This document shows, piece by piece, positions 27,422 through 38,100 of a DNA stretch of 64,000 bases (its first letter is position 1; each line of letters starts with the position of its first letter). The stretch is from Patescibacteria group bacterium. Its GTDB lineage: Bacteria; Patescibacteriota; Patescibacteriia; UBA1558; GWA2-36-10. The notes below the pieces were generated by a model. It saw only the letters and a program-made list of their open reading frames with translations, did not search any database and was not told the DNA's origin. The stretch covers positions 449,377-513,376 of the forward strand of contig JAHJQF010000001.1 of the NCBI GenBank assembly GCA_018819405.1, read 5' to 3'. A program made the translations under genes and the position numbers.

Positions 27422-29575
27422 ATGAAATCTGATTTTCATTTCCATTTTTATAGTCGTATTGCTATTATGGCTGTTTTTGCCTTTGCCTTGGTATTTATGC
27501 AAAGATCGGTTGAAACTACGGCTTTGGAGTCTGCTTATGATATCAATGGTTGGGCTTGGTCAGAGGCAGCTGGTTGGCTTAGTTTGGATTGTCTAAATGA
27601 CACTGATGGTGACGGACAGCCAAATGATCAGTGTGTGGCTGGTGGCAATCCATATGATTGGGGTCTTGATATTGTAAATATTAATAATGATTCTCACGTG
27701 CAAGGTTGTGCTTACGCTGGTACATCATTAAGTAACGGAGCTGATCCTTTGGGTTGGGTTTGTTTTTCTAGATTAGGGGGAAACGAGGCGCTTATAGATG
27801 GTGTGCCAACTAGTTCTGATCCAGCTTTACCAAACGCTCTAGATCCCAGCTCTTATGCCAGTATTTTGACTCAGGAGCCTTTGGGCAATCAAGCTTGGAA
27901 GCTTGGTTTTCCTATTGCCAATGAGATTGGTGATAGTAGTGATGATATTGATTATCCCAGTAGCTCCAATCCACTGGAAGGGTGCTTTAATTGCTATGAA
28001 GAGTATTTGTATGAGTGTGCTGTCACTGGGCAAGCTTGTGATCCGTTGATAGGTTGCCCTCCTGCTGCTGGCGTTCCTCAGGCTTGTGTAGTATCTGGTA
28101 TCAACCAAAATTGCGACAACTGCATGGAATATTTTTATTATTTGGGTAGGTGTGATACCACAGATTCTATACAGTGTCGCAACGATGATGAGTGTCCAAC
28201 AGGCGAGAGCTGTCAGCCTATTAGTACTTGTAGTATGGCTGTAGATACAGAATGTGTTAGTGATACTCCTGATTGTGGAGATTTGACTGAAATTTGCAAT
28301 GCTGGAATTTGCAGCAATAATCAATATATAGGTTGTACAGATGATTCAGACTGTTATAGTTTTTGTGTAGAGCGTGAAATAGGTAGTTTGAAAAAAGTAG
28401 TGGGTGGCTATACTTGCAGTAGCTGTACTATAGAAAATTACGCTAATGTCTGTGGCACCAACGCTTATCAGGGCAATATCAATCGTTGTGATTCGTGCGC
28501 GGCAGTTTACTATACACCAGGGGTAGTACTTGATCATCAGCATTACGCTTTGGACCCTAGTACTGAAGCTAAGATGTGTGGTTGGGCTTGGAACGGTTGG
28601 ACAGACGGAATAAATAATTATGGTCTTGGTTGGTTCCAATTTGGCCCTCGGGTAGTGACCAGTACTAGGCCATATATTTCTTCAGAAGGCGGTGATATTT
28701 ACTCCAAAGGAAATATTAAAGCTAGGTACACTCCGCCATTTGGTAAATATAATGCTTCATATCTTATTGAATCAGGTGGAACAATTACCAATTTTATAAG
28801 TTCCAGTACCTTGAGTGTATTTTATCAGGGCGAGTTGCCTTATAGGCCGGCAATTAATTTCTTTTCTTGGTCAGACACTAATTCAAAATACACTAATGTC
28901 CTAGGTTCTTTGGATTATACTGGCATTATTACAGGTGTGGGAAGTATTCCTTACAACAAATTTGGTTCTCTTATTATAGATATTGACGGTTCTACCCCTG
29001 CAAATTTTATAAATTATTTTAATAGTGCGTTAAATGGCTCAGTCTTGTATCTTGGTAATAGTAATAGCTTTACTTTACCAGTTGGCTCTGATTTGGTAGT
29101 TCAACCTGGGTTAGTCAATGCCAATGGCTCTGGTGTTGTGGTAGTAGATGGTGATTTGACTATAAATAGAAACGTTGTATATGGCACTGGTACTTATGCA
29201 AATTTGAAACAAATACCCTCCTTGGTCTGGATTGTCAGAGGTGATATTTATATAAGTTCCCAAGTAGATAAGTTGGCCGGTACATTTATTGTGTTGGGGG
29301 ATAGTGACAGGGCGGCTGATTGTAGTGCTTTAGACACTGGTTGTGGTCAATTTGTAACTTGTCAGGAAAAAGATGCAAGTTGTAGGGATTATTCTTTATC
29401 TATAAAGGGTAATGTTTTAGCTAGATATTTTGATTTATCAAGGACTTTTATAGATGCTGGGACTAAGGAGCCGGCTGAAAAATTTATCAATGATGGTCGT
29501 TTACAAGTCAATCCGCCACCTGGTTTTGTGGACTTTAGTAAGCTTATCCCCAGATTTAGTGAAAATCCAGATTAG
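27422..29575 (+). CDS. large secreted Cys-rich protein
   Basis: Signal peptide, >40 Cys in CxxC/CxnC modules, beta-rich C-terminal half. Confidence 0.5.
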   Translation: MKSDFHFHFYSRIAIMAVFAFALVFMQRSVETTALESAYDINGWAWSEAAGWLSLDCLNDTDGDGQPNDQCVAGGNPYDWGLDIVNINNDSHVQGCAYAGTSLSNGADPLGWVCFSRLGGNEALIDGVPTSSDPALPNALDPSSYASILTQEPLGNQAWKLGFPIANEIGDSSDDIDYPSSSNPLEGCFNCYEEYLYECAVTGQACDPLIGCPPAAGVPQACVVSGINQNCDNCMEYFYYLGRCDTTDSIQCRNDDECPTGESCQPISTCSMAVDTECVSDTPDCGDLTEICNAGICSNNQYIGCTDDSDCYSFCVEREIGSLKKVVGGYTCSSCTIENYANVCGTNAYQGNINRCDSCAAVYYTPGVVLDHQHYALDPSTEAKMCGWAWNGWTDGINNYGLGWFQFGPRVVTSTRPYISSEGGDIYSKGNIKARYTPPFGKYNASYLIESGGTITNFISSSTLSVFYQGELPYRPAINFFSWSDTNSKYTNVLGSLDYTGIITGVGSIPYNKFGSLIIDIDGSTPANFINYFNSALNGSVLYLGNSNSFTLPVGSDLVVQPGLVNANGSGVVVVDGDLTINRNVVYGTGTYANLKQIPSLVWIVRGDIYISSQVDKLAGTFIVLGDSDRAADCSALDTGCGQFVTCQEKDASCRDYSLSIKGNVLARYFDLSRTFIDAGTKEPAEKFINDGRLQVNPPPGFVDFSKLIPRFSENPD

Positions 29576-29657
29576 TTTCTTGGATTTACTAGCTAAAATA
29601 TGTTATAATAATATAGAAATTTGGATAAAATTTTAATAAAAAATATAGACAAAAAGT

Positions 29658-30902
29658 ATGGGTTTATTTTCTAGTGCCAGCAGTTATTTGGGAGTTGATA
29701 TTGGTACATCAAGTATCAAAATGGTTGAGCTTGAAAACTTCAAAAATCAGGCTAGATTAAAGACCTATGGTTATTCTGATATCTCGGTAAATATATTGAG
29801 CAGTTCTATAGATAAAAATAACCAGTTGATTGCCGATTATATAGGCGAGATTGCTCAAAAATCCAATGTACAGACCAGACAGGTGGTGACAGCTTTGCCT
29901 ACTTTTTCGGTTTTTAATTTTATTGTTTCTTTACCGCCGATGCCAAAAAAAGATTTGGCTTCAGCTATCAAATGGGAAGCTAAAAAGTTTATACCAGTTC
30001 CTTTGGAAGAAATGATTTTAGACTGGAAGATTTTGAACAAAAAGAAAATCAAAGCTAAGACAAAAGTTCCAGATGTAAAATTGGACAATCAAAATAAAGA
30101 CATTGATAATAAAGCAGATAATTCTAATGCTTCGCTGGAAAAAGACAAAAGCCCTGATTTGATGGAAGAACTCAATCAATCAGCTAGAGAATTGGCGCAA
30201 GGCGTAGGCAAGCCAGGTAGAGCAGTGACCAAAAATGATACCCAGATTATACGACCCAAAAAAGACGATAATAATTATAGAATATTACTCACAGCTGCTC
30301 CCAAAAATTTAGTGGCCAGATACATTGATATTTTCAAACGAGCCAAGCTCAATCTGCTAAGCTTGGAAACAGAAGCCTTTGCTTTGTCCAGGTCATTGAT
30401 TGGCAATGATAATTCTACGGTCATGATAGTTGATATCGGAGCTACTACAGCTGATATTTGTATTATTGAAGAAGGCGTGCCAATTCTCAACAGAGGTATT
30501 GATACTGGTGGAGAGTTTATTACCAAAACCATCATGAACAGTCTCAATGTCAATCAGGACAGAGCTGAGCAGTTTAAGCGTGATTTTGGATTGGCTGGCG
30601 GTGGTTTTAAAAATATACCAGATGTTATTCAAAAATCTTTAAATTCTATCATCAATGAAATCAAGTATGTATTTGAGTTGTACCAGAGGCAGGGAGAAAA
30701 TAATATTGATAAAATAGTTTTGACTGGTGGTAGTGCATTTTTGCCAAATTTGCCTGGTTATTTGTCAGAGCTTTTGAATATGCAGGTTATCATTGGTGAT
30801 CCTTGGGATAGGATTATTTATCCTTTAGATTTGCAACCTATTTTGGAAGAAATAGGCCCTCGTATGGCTACTTCAGTTGGTTTAGCTATGCGTGATATTT
30901 AA
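29658..30902 (+). CDS. pilM: type IV pilus assembly protein PilM (actin-like ATPase fold) with low-complexity insert
   Basis: N-terminus LGVDIGTSSIKMVELE, C-terminal TGGSAFLPNLPGYLSELL. Confidence 0.75.
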   Translation: MGLFSSASSYLGVDIGTSSIKMVELENFKNQARLKTYGYSDISVNILSSSIDKNNQLIADYIGEIAQKSNVQTRQVVTALPTFSVFNFIVSLPPMPKKDLASAIKWEAKKFIPVPLEEMILDWKILNKKKIKAKTKVPDVKLDNQNKDIDNKADNSNASLEKDKSPDLMEELNQSARELAQGVGKPGRAVTKNDTQIIRPKKDDNNYRILLTAAPKNLVARYIDIFKRAKLNLLSLETEAFALSRSLIGNDNSTVMIVDIGATTADICIIEEGVPILNRGIDTGGEFITKTIMNSLNVNQDRAEQFKRDFGLAGGGFKNIPDVIQKSLNSIINEIKYVFELYQRQGENNIDKIVLTGGSAFLPNLPGYLSELLNMQVIIGDPWDRIIYPLDLQPILEEIGPRMATSVGLAMRDI

Positions 30903-30905
30903 CTT

Positions 30906-32342
30906 ATGGAAGATAAAGATCAAAAATCCATAAATTTGATGCCAGAAGACTTGCGTAGCAAGGAAGATAGTGTTTTGGCCAAGAAAAAATCTGATTTTGA
31001 TTTTGATTTAGTTTTGCCCGATAATCAGGCTCAGCCAGCCAGGCCTAAGAGTGGTACATCTTTTTGGCAAAAAATTAGCTTGATTTTTAAAAAGCCGATT
31101 AGTTATTTTGCTCAGCCAAAAAAAGAAAAAGATAAAAAACACGACGATAAGAATCATCACGATGATAAGTCAAAGTCTGGTACACCTGATATGCCAAAAC
31201 CAGTCAAGCCGGAGTTTCATCTACCTACTTCCAATGAAAAAACAAGTTTGACAGTGGACTATAGCAAAAAAGAACCGGAAAAGGATATGACCTTGCCTGT
31301 CAAAGAAGAAAAAAAATCAGAACCAAAGTCTGATAAATCTGAAAAAAAAGATGGTCAATCTTTTTGGGATAAATTTAAAAAGCTTTTTACTGCCAAGAAA
31401 AAATATCCAAAAATAGAAAGAGCAGCGAACAAAGAAATAGCTCCACGTCAGCTCAGAGAGGAAGAAGAAATACCAAAAACAGCGCCTAGTCCGGAGATAA
31501 AATTTGAAAAAGCCGAAGACGATATTTTACCCAAAATACCGGAAGTACCCAAACCAGAGCCAGCAAAAGAAATAATATCTGAGGTCAAACAAGCGGAAAT
31601 AAAACAAGAACAAGAGCCTTCCAAATTTGTCATTCCTCAGTTAAGGCCAAGTGAGTATAAGTCAGAGCCGGATAAAACACATAAAGAGCCTGAAAAAGAA
31701 GAAAAAGTTTCTAGATTTCATCAGCCACAACCTAGGATTAGGGCTAGATTTTTGGATAGTGGTGGAGGGGTAGACTTGATACCAACCGCGGCCAAGACCA
31801 GAAGCTGGAGACAAGTCAGCAAGCTAGTTTTGGTAGCTTTTGTAGGTTCGGCAATTATATTAGGTATTTTTTATGGTTATTTGTTTTATAGAAGTAAAAA
31901 TGTAGAAGGTCAAAAAAATACAAGAATAGACCAAATTAGTGATTTGGAAAAACAGATATTGACTTATGAAGAATTAAATAATGATATTAGTGATTTGGGT
32001 GACGAGATTAGGCATATGCACTTTTTACTTAGTTTTCATTTTTATTGGAGCAATTTCTTTACCCAGTTAGAAAAATATACTATTCCAGAAGTGCATTATG
32101 AAGGACTATCAGCCGGAAATAGCGGAGCACTTACTCTCCGTGCTGTGGCTGATGATTTTGATTCAGTAGCCCGCCAGATAAAAGTATTTGAGCAAGAAGA
32201 TGCTAAGAGACTAGTCATTGCTACCGATGTATCGGGAGCTAACTATTCAGAATCTGACAAAAAAGTAAGTTTTGATATTACATTAGTTCTCAATCCGTTC
32301 TTGTTTATTTATGATGAAAATTATATGAACATTGGAAATTAA
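30906..32342 (+). CDS. PilN-like pilus assembly protein with long Lys/Glu/Pro-rich N-terminal extension
   Basis: Single TM (LVLVAFVGSAIILGIFYGYLFY) followed by PilN-like periplasmic domain; position after pilM. Confidence 0.45.
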   Translation: MEDKDQKSINLMPEDLRSKEDSVLAKKKSDFDFDLVLPDNQAQPARPKSGTSFWQKISLIFKKPISYFAQPKKEKDKKHDDKNHHDDKSKSGTPDMPKPVKPEFHLPTSNEKTSLTVDYSKKEPEKDMTLPVKEEKKSEPKSDKSEKKDGQSFWDKFKKLFTAKKKYPKIERAANKEIAPRQLREEEEIPKTAPSPEIKFEKAEDDILPKIPEVPKPEPAKEIISEVKQAEIKQEQEPSKFVIPQLRPSEYKSEPDKTHKEPEKEEKVSRFHQPQPRIRARFLDSGGGVDLIPTAAKTRSWRQVSKLVLVAFVGSAIILGIFYGYLFYRSKNVEGQKNTRIDQISDLEKQILTYEELNNDISDLGDEIRHMHFLLSFHFYWSNFFTQLEKYTIPEVHYEGLSAGNSGALTLRAVADDFDSVARQIKVFEQEDAKRLVIATDVSGANYSESDKKVSFDITLVLNPFLFIYDENYMNIGN

Positions 32343-32348
32343 TACATT

Positions 32349-33122
32349 ATGAAAGATAAGAAGGATATAAAATTTGAACAGCCATCTGATATATTGATAT
32401 TTATTAATCGTTATATCATGTTCTTTGTCGCTATGATAATACTAAGCGTATCCTTGTTAGGTTATTTCTTTTTACTCAAACCAAAAATAGACCAGATTAG
32501 GTCCGTAGAACAAGAAACTACTGAAACCAGTGAAAGAAAAATGCAAAATGAAGCATTAATTATCAAGCTCAAAGAACTAGAAAATGAATATAAAGATATT
32601 TTACAAAATCGCCAAGCTGATTTGGATTATCTAAAAGAAATGGTACCAGAGGGCACTAGGATTGCTGAATTATTTGTCATAGCTGATCGTTTGGCTGCAA
32701 GCCATAATTTTCAATTATTATCTATTGAGGTGAGTGAAAATAATATGGAAAATATTTCAGGCAACCAGAATTTTGAAGATGATATTGATATACCAAATAC
32801 ACAAGAGCCAGCTACTGATGCTAGTGCGGATATAAAAACCATTGAAGATATTCTCTTACAGAGTGGTATCAAATCAATGGTAGTGCATATGAGTATTATG
32901 AGACAGATAGAAAATACTGATGAAAATGGTGAACCATTGGAGTTGGAAGGAGTGGAGCAGGAGAGCGGAGGGCAAATATATAATGATTTTAAAGCTTATA
33001 TTAGTGATTTGGAAAATTATGTCCGTCTGATGGATATCCAGGCTATCAATTTTCCAGAATTAAGTTTTGAAACTACAGAAAGTCAAGTGTTTAATTTGGA
33101 TATAATCACTTATTACCAATAG
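32349..33122 (+). CDS. PilO-like pilus assembly protein
   Basis: N-terminal TM, coiled-coil, position between pilN-like and pilB. Confidence 0.4.
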   Translation: MKDKKDIKFEQPSDILIFINRYIMFFVAMIILSVSLLGYFFLLKPKIDQIRSVEQETTETSERKMQNEALIIKLKELENEYKDILQNRQADLDYLKEMVPEGTRIAELFVIADRLAASHNFQLLSIEVSENNMENISGNQNFEDDIDIPNTQEPATDASADIKTIEDILLQSGIKSMVVHMSIMRQIENTDENGEPLELEGVEQESGGQIYNDFKAYISDLENYVRLMDIQAINFPELSFETTESQVFNLDIITYYQ

Positions 33123-33123
33123 T

Positions 33124-33483
33124 ATGGACAAAAAGAGCGACAAAAAAACAGTAACTATTCTACTCATAGTTTTGGGTGTGGTGTCTGCAGGTAGCGCTTT
33201 TTGGCTATACAATGCTTTAAAACCGATTGAGCTGCCGCCAGAATTACAGACAGATGTACAGATAGGTCATGTTTATCGTGCCAAAGATGTGGCTATCAAA
33301 AATGTCCAAGATTTTTTGGATTTGGAGTTTTATCCAGGTACTGTATGGGATGAGTTGTATAGCAATGATCAATTCAAAGAATTGAAAAAAATTGATTTTG
33401 AGATAAATGTCAAAGACAATGTGGGTAATCCCAATCCTTTTATGGCTGCTAGTACAACGGAAGAAGTCTTGTCAGAGCGATAA
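33124..33483 (+). CDS. small membrane-anchored protein (PilP-like?)
   Basis: N-terminal TM; context only. Confidence 0.3.
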   Translation: MDKKSDKKTVTILLIVLGVVSAGSAFWLYNALKPIELPPELQTDVQIGHVYRAKDVAIKNVQDFLDLEFYPGTVWDELYSNDQFKELKKIDFEINVKDNVGNPNPFMAASTTEEVLSER

Positions 33484-33498
33484 TTTGCAAATTTTATT

Positions 33499-35235
33499 AT
33501 GACCCAACAGGAATTACAAAAAATTTTTAGTTTTTTACAGGAAAAGAGTTTTATTAATGAAGATCAATATAAAGAACTAGCCCAGAGAAATTTTTCTAGT
33601 TTTGAAGATTTAGAAAAACAGCTCCGTAGGATTGTTTTGATTTCAGAAGAGGATTGGGCCCAAGTCAAAGGTAATTTTTATGATATTGAGTATGTCAACC
33701 TAGTAGGCCGAAATATAGATTCTGAAGTTTTAAATATATTGCCACAAGATTTGTCAGAAAATTATCGGTTGGTAATTTTTAATAAAGAAGGCAACAATAT
33801 AGATGCCGGTTTGGTTGATCCGACCAATTTCAAAGCATTTGAGGCTCTAAATTTTTTATCCAGAAAACAAAAGTATAAAGTAAAGTATTATATAATTACC
33901 GAGGACAGCTATCGAGCGGCCGCCAAACAATATGAGACTTTGGGAGAGGAAGTAGGTGAAGCTTTGGATACAGCTGAAGCTATCTTTGCTCCAAAAGAAG
34001 GAGATCTGGATTTGGAGGGCGAAGTAGGTGATGTAGTAAAAAGCGCGCCAGTGTCAAAGATAGTGTCTGTCGTACTCAGGCACGCCATAGAAGGCCGAGC
34101 TTCGGATATTCATATTGAGCCAGTAAACAACCAAAGCAAAGTCAGATATAGGATTGACGGCGTACTACACACGACTATTGTCTTACCTATTTATGTGCAT
34201 GCGGCTTTGATATCTAGGATCAAGGTTATGGCCAATCTAAAGATTGATGAGACTCGTATTCCTCAGGATGGTCGTATTAGGATGAAAATACACAACAAGG
34301 AAATTGACTTTCGTATTTCCACTATTCCTTTGATGGGTCAAGAAAAAGTCGTAATGCGTATTTTGGAAACTCCAGATAAGGCTCCGACTTTCAATGATCT
34401 TGGTTTTATGGGTTTGCAACTCAAAGTAATAGAACAAAATATTCACAAGCCAAACGGTCTTTTTCTATTGACTGGACCTACGGGAAGTGGAAAGTCAACT
34501 ACTTTGTTTGCAGCACTTAGTTTTTTGAATAAAGAAGATATAAATATATCTACTCTAGAAGATCCAGTAGAATATTATATTCCAGGTGTCAATCAATCTC
34601 AGATTAGGCCAGAAGTCAATTTTACTTTTGCCACAGGCCTCAGAGCTCTACTTCGTCAGGATCCAGATATTATCATGGTTGGTGAGATTCGTGACAATGA
34701 TACAGCTGAGTTGGCTATCCATGCTGGACTGACAGGACATTCGGTGCTGACTACACTACACACCAATAGTGCTACTGGCGCTATCCCCAGACTTTTTGAT
34801 ATGAAAGTAGAACCCTTTCTTTTGGCTAGTACTTTAAACGCTGTGATTGCCCAGAGGCTTGTCAGAAAGATTTGTCCCAAATGCCGAGAAGAGGAAACTT
34901 TGCCACCAGATATTGTGGAAATGGCTCAAGGGCATTTAAATAACATCCCCAAAGAGGCTATTTATGGAGATATTGATATTTCACAGCTAAAATTTTATCG
35001 CGGTAAAGGCTGTCCTCATTGCGGGCAGACCGGCTACAAAGGCCGTTTGGCTATTGTAGAAGCTATCAATATTACCAGAGATCTCAAAGATATTGTGGCC
35101 AAAGGTTATGCTAGGGCTGATGCTGATGCCGAGCTGGAAAGACAACATTTTATTACTATGGAGCAAGATGGTATATTAAAAGTTTTGCTCGGTCTGACTA
35201 CTATGGAAGAGGTAATGCGTGTCAGTAAAGTTTAA
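33499..35235 (+). CDS. pilB: type IV pilus assembly ATPase PilB (GspE family)
   Basis: Canonical Walker A LLTGPTGSGKSTTL, Asp box LEDPVEY, Walker B DIIMVGEIRD, His box GHSVLTTLHTNSA, tetra-Cys CPKC...CPHC. Confidence 0.85.
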   Translation: MTQQELQKIFSFLQEKSFINEDQYKELAQRNFSSFEDLEKQLRRIVLISEEDWAQVKGNFYDIEYVNLVGRNIDSEVLNILPQDLSENYRLVIFNKEGNNIDAGLVDPTNFKAFEALNFLSRKQKYKVKYYIITEDSYRAAAKQYETLGEEVGEALDTAEAIFAPKEGDLDLEGEVGDVVKSAPVSKIVSVVLRHAIEGRASDIHIEPVNNQSKVRYRIDGVLHTTIVLPIYVHAALISRIKVMANLKIDETRIPQDGRIRMKIHNKEIDFRISTIPLMGQEKVVMRILETPDKAPTFNDLGFMGLQLKVIEQNIHKPNGLFLLTGPTGSGKSTTLFAALSFLNKEDINISTLEDPVEYYIPGVNQSQIRPEVNFTFATGLRALLRQDPDIIMVGEIRDNDTAELAIHAGLTGHSVLTTLHTNSATGAIPRLFDMKVEPFLLASTLNAVIAQRLVRKICPKCREEETLPPDIVEMAQGHLNNIPKEAIYGDIDISQLKFYRGKGCPHCGQTGYKGRLAIVEAINITRDLKDIVAKGYARADADAELERQHFITMEQDGILKVLLGLTTMEEVMRVSKV

Positions 35236-35274
35236 AAAATATAAATAATTTAATTTATTTAATCGGGTAATTAT

Positions 35275-35655
35275 ATGGAAGATAAAAAAGTGCTCATAGT
35301 AGAAGACGATGAGTTTTTGCTCCAGATGTATGCTACCAAGCTTGATCTGGAAGGTTTTAAAGTTTTGGAGGCCACCAATGGTCTACAGGGTCTCAAAGTG
35401 GCTCAGCGGGAAAAGCCCAGTCTTATACTTTTGGATTTGAACCTGCCCGAGCTCAGCGGCTTTGAGGTACTTAGTCAGCTCAAAAGAGACGATGAGACCA
35501 AAAATATCAGAGTTTTGATTTTGACCAATTACTCTCAAAAGGACAATATTGACCGTTGTTTGGAGTTGGGAGCTGACGACTATCTTATCAAGGCTCATTT
35601 TGTACCATCTGAGGTAGTAGATAAGATAAAAACAGTCTTAGCCGAAGAAAAATAA
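35275..35655 (+). CDS. stand-alone CheY-like response-regulator receiver (PilH/PilG-like)
   Basis: LIVEDDEF...D (phospho-acceptor in LILLDLNLP), ...K; 126 aa, no output domain. Confidence 0.7.
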   Translation: MEDKKVLIVEDDEFLLQMYATKLDLEGFKVLEATNGLQGLKVAQREKPSLILLDLNLPELSGFEVLSQLKRDDETKNIRVLILTNYSQKDNIDRCLELGADDYLIKAHFVPSEVVDKIKTVLAEEK

Positions 35656-36708
35656 ATGCCTGATACTTTGATTATCAACAATATATTGAATTCTGCTGCG
35701 GAAAGAAAGGCTACTGATGTGCATTTGGTAGCTGGCAACAATCCGGTGATTCGAGTAGATGGACGACTGGTTACTTTGACAGACCAGCCGATTTTGACGC
35801 CGGATATTTTGACTGGTTTGGCGGAGTCTTTTTTGAGTCCCGAAGACAGAGAAATGCTTACTCAAGAGAGGGAGATTGTCACTACTTATAGTTGGGCCAA
35901 TCGTTCACGCTATCGTGCTAAGGTATTTTATCAAAAAGGTTATTTGGCTATGTCTTTGCGTTTGATTTCTGCCATAATACATCCGCCCAAAGACTTGGGT
36001 GTGCCAGATGTTATTATCCAGCTACTCAACAAAGATAAAGGTTTGATTATTATCACTGGTGTTTTTGGTAGTGGACGGACTTCTACAGCCGCCAGCCTTA
36101 TAGAAACCCTCAATCAAAATAAAGGCCTCCATATCCAGACTTTGGAAAATCCGGTAGAGTATCTTTTTTCCAACAATCAATCAATAATTGAGCAGAGACA
36201 AGTTGGTAAGGATGTAATAAATTTCAAAGACGGTTTAAAAGATTTACTTGATGAGGATGTGGATGTTGTCTTGGTAGATGGTTTGCATGATAAAGGTTCT
36301 GAAGAATTAATTTTAGAATTGGCAGAAAGTGGCAAACTAGTGATAATGACTATGGACGCTGACTCGGTAGTATCAGCTTTGGAAAGATTCATTAGTAACA
36401 TTCCCTTGGAAAAAAGAGACTGGGGTAGAGATTTATTGGCCAATGTATTTTTGGGAATCTTGGCTCAAAAATTGTTGTCGCGTGTAGGTGGGGGACTGAG
36501 TATGGTGACTGAGGTTTTGACTAGTACTCCGGCCGTGCGTTCTAGTATCAAAGATAATAATTTGCGTCAGCTTTATAGTATTATGCAGACTTCCAAAGAC
36601 GAAGGCATGATCAATTTTGACAAATCTTTATTGGAGTTGGTAAGAGTAGGTGAGATAAGCCCAGAAGATGCCAAAGAGCAATCGGCTGATATACAATCGT
36701 TCAAATAA
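35656..36708 (+). CDS. PilT-like protein, catalytically degenerate (pseudo-ATPase)
   Basis: PilT/GspE fold but Walker A GVFGSGRTST (K>R), Asp box LENPVEY (D>N), Walker B region VDVVLVDGLHD (catalytic Glu lost), His box GKLVIMTMDA (His lost). Confidence 0.7.
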   Translation: MPDTLIINNILNSAAERKATDVHLVAGNNPVIRVDGRLVTLTDQPILTPDILTGLAESFLSPEDREMLTQEREIVTTYSWANRSRYRAKVFYQKGYLAMSLRLISAIIHPPKDLGVPDVIIQLLNKDKGLIIITGVFGSGRTSTAASLIETLNQNKGLHIQTLENPVEYLFSNNQSIIEQRQVGKDVINFKDGLKDLLDEDVDVVLVDGLHDKGSEELILELAESGKLVIMTMDADSVVSALERFISNIPLEKRDWGRDLLANVFLGILAQKLLSRVGGGLSMVTEVLTSTPAVRSSIKDNNLRQLYSIMQTSKDEGMINFDKSLLELVRVGEISPEDAKEQSADIQSFK

Positions 36709-36716
36709 TTTGATTT

Positions 36717-37925
36717 ATGGCAATTTTTAAATACAGAGCTAGAACCAATGATGGCCGCATTACAGAAGGAGCGGTAGAGGCAGTGACCGAAAATGAAGCG
36801 GCTGAGCTTTTGGCTGAAAAAGGACTGATAGTCCTAGCTTTGTCTGAAACCACTCAAAGACAGAAAAGAGGTTTAAATATAAATATAGGTCGAGTCAAAC
36901 ATAAAGATTTGGTAATTTTTTCGCGCCAGTTATCAGTCATGATTTCGGCCACTGTGCCGATTGTACAGGCTTTGCGTATTTTGACTCAACAAACCGTCAA
37001 TCCAATTTTTATAGAAAAGATTGTGGAAATGGCTGATGATGTAGAAGGTGGTATGAGATTTTCTGATGCCTTGGCCAAGCATGACAAAATTTTTAGTAAT
37101 TTTTATGTGGCCATGGTCAAGTCTGGTGAGACCTCTGGTAAGCTGGATGAAATACTCCAATACTTGGCTGACCAGATGGAAAAAGATTATGATTTGGTTT
37201 CCCGCATCAAAAGTGCCATGATTTATCCGGCCTTTATAGTATCAGGTATGATTGTAGTAGGATTTTTGATGATGACATTTGTAGTGCCAAATATGGTAAA
37301 GATGCTTGAAGAGTCAGGCGCTGAGTTGCCACTGCTGACAAGAGTATTGATAAATGTTTCCGGCTTTATGAGAAGCTATTGGTATTATATACTTTTTGGT
37401 GTAGCTGGTTTGATACTTTTGTTCCGCTGGTGGACAAATTCCAAGCCGGGCAAAATTACTTGGGATACTGTCAAGATACAAATGCCGATTTTTGGTGGCT
37501 TATTTAAAAAAGTATATATTGTCCGATTTACCAGGAGTTTGGCCACTTTAATAAGAGGCGGGGTGCCGATTGCCTCAGCTCTGGCTATCACCGCTGAGGT
37601 TGTGGATAACCGAGCTTATGAAAAACTTATTTTGGACAGTGTCGACGAGGTAGAAGGAGGTAATTCTATTGCTACTTTGTTTGTCAAATCAAAGTTAATG
37701 CCAAAAATGCTTTCCCAAATGATGGTAATAGGTGAGAAGACTGGTAAGCTTGATAATGTATTGGAAAAGCTTAGTAGCTTTTATAGCCGTGAAATAGACA
37801 ATCTGGTGGGTGGACTGACATCTTTGATTGAACCTTTGATCCTTATTATCATGGGTGTGGGAGTTGGTGGTATGGTAGCAGCTATAATGCTGCCGATGTT
37901 TAAGGTAGCTCAAAGCATTAGTTAG
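36717..37925 (+). CDS. pilC: type IV pilus platform protein PilC (GspF family)
   Basis: Two T2SS-F domain repeats, three TM helices, 402 aa. Confidence 0.8.
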   Translation: MAIFKYRARTNDGRITEGAVEAVTENEAAELLAEKGLIVLALSETTQRQKRGLNINIGRVKHKDLVIFSRQLSVMISATVPIVQALRILTQQTVNPIFIEKIVEMADDVEGGMRFSDALAKHDKIFSNFYVAMVKSGETSGKLDEILQYLADQMEKDYDLVSRIKSAMIYPAFIVSGMIVVGFLMMTFVVPNMVKMLEESGAELPLLTRVLINVSGFMRSYWYYILFGVAGLILLFRWWTNSKPGKITWDTVKIQMPIFGGLFKKVYIVRFTRSLATLIRGGVPIASALAITAEVVDNRAYEKLILDSVDEVEGGNSIATLFVKSKLMPKMLSQMMVIGEKTGKLDNVLEKLSSFYSREIDNLVGGLTSLIEPLILIIMGVGVGGMVAAIMLPMFKVAQSIS

Positions 37926-38100
37926 TTTTTTTTAATTGGCAAATTGCAAAAAAAATGCTATAATACATTCAAGTTTATTTATAATTAATTTTTAACATCC
38001 TTGGTGCTTTTTATTTAATTAGAGTTAGAACCTCGGGGATCTCAGGCTTTAACTCTTTTACAAAATAAAAAGTGCCGATATGAAAGGGGGTGACAAAAAA

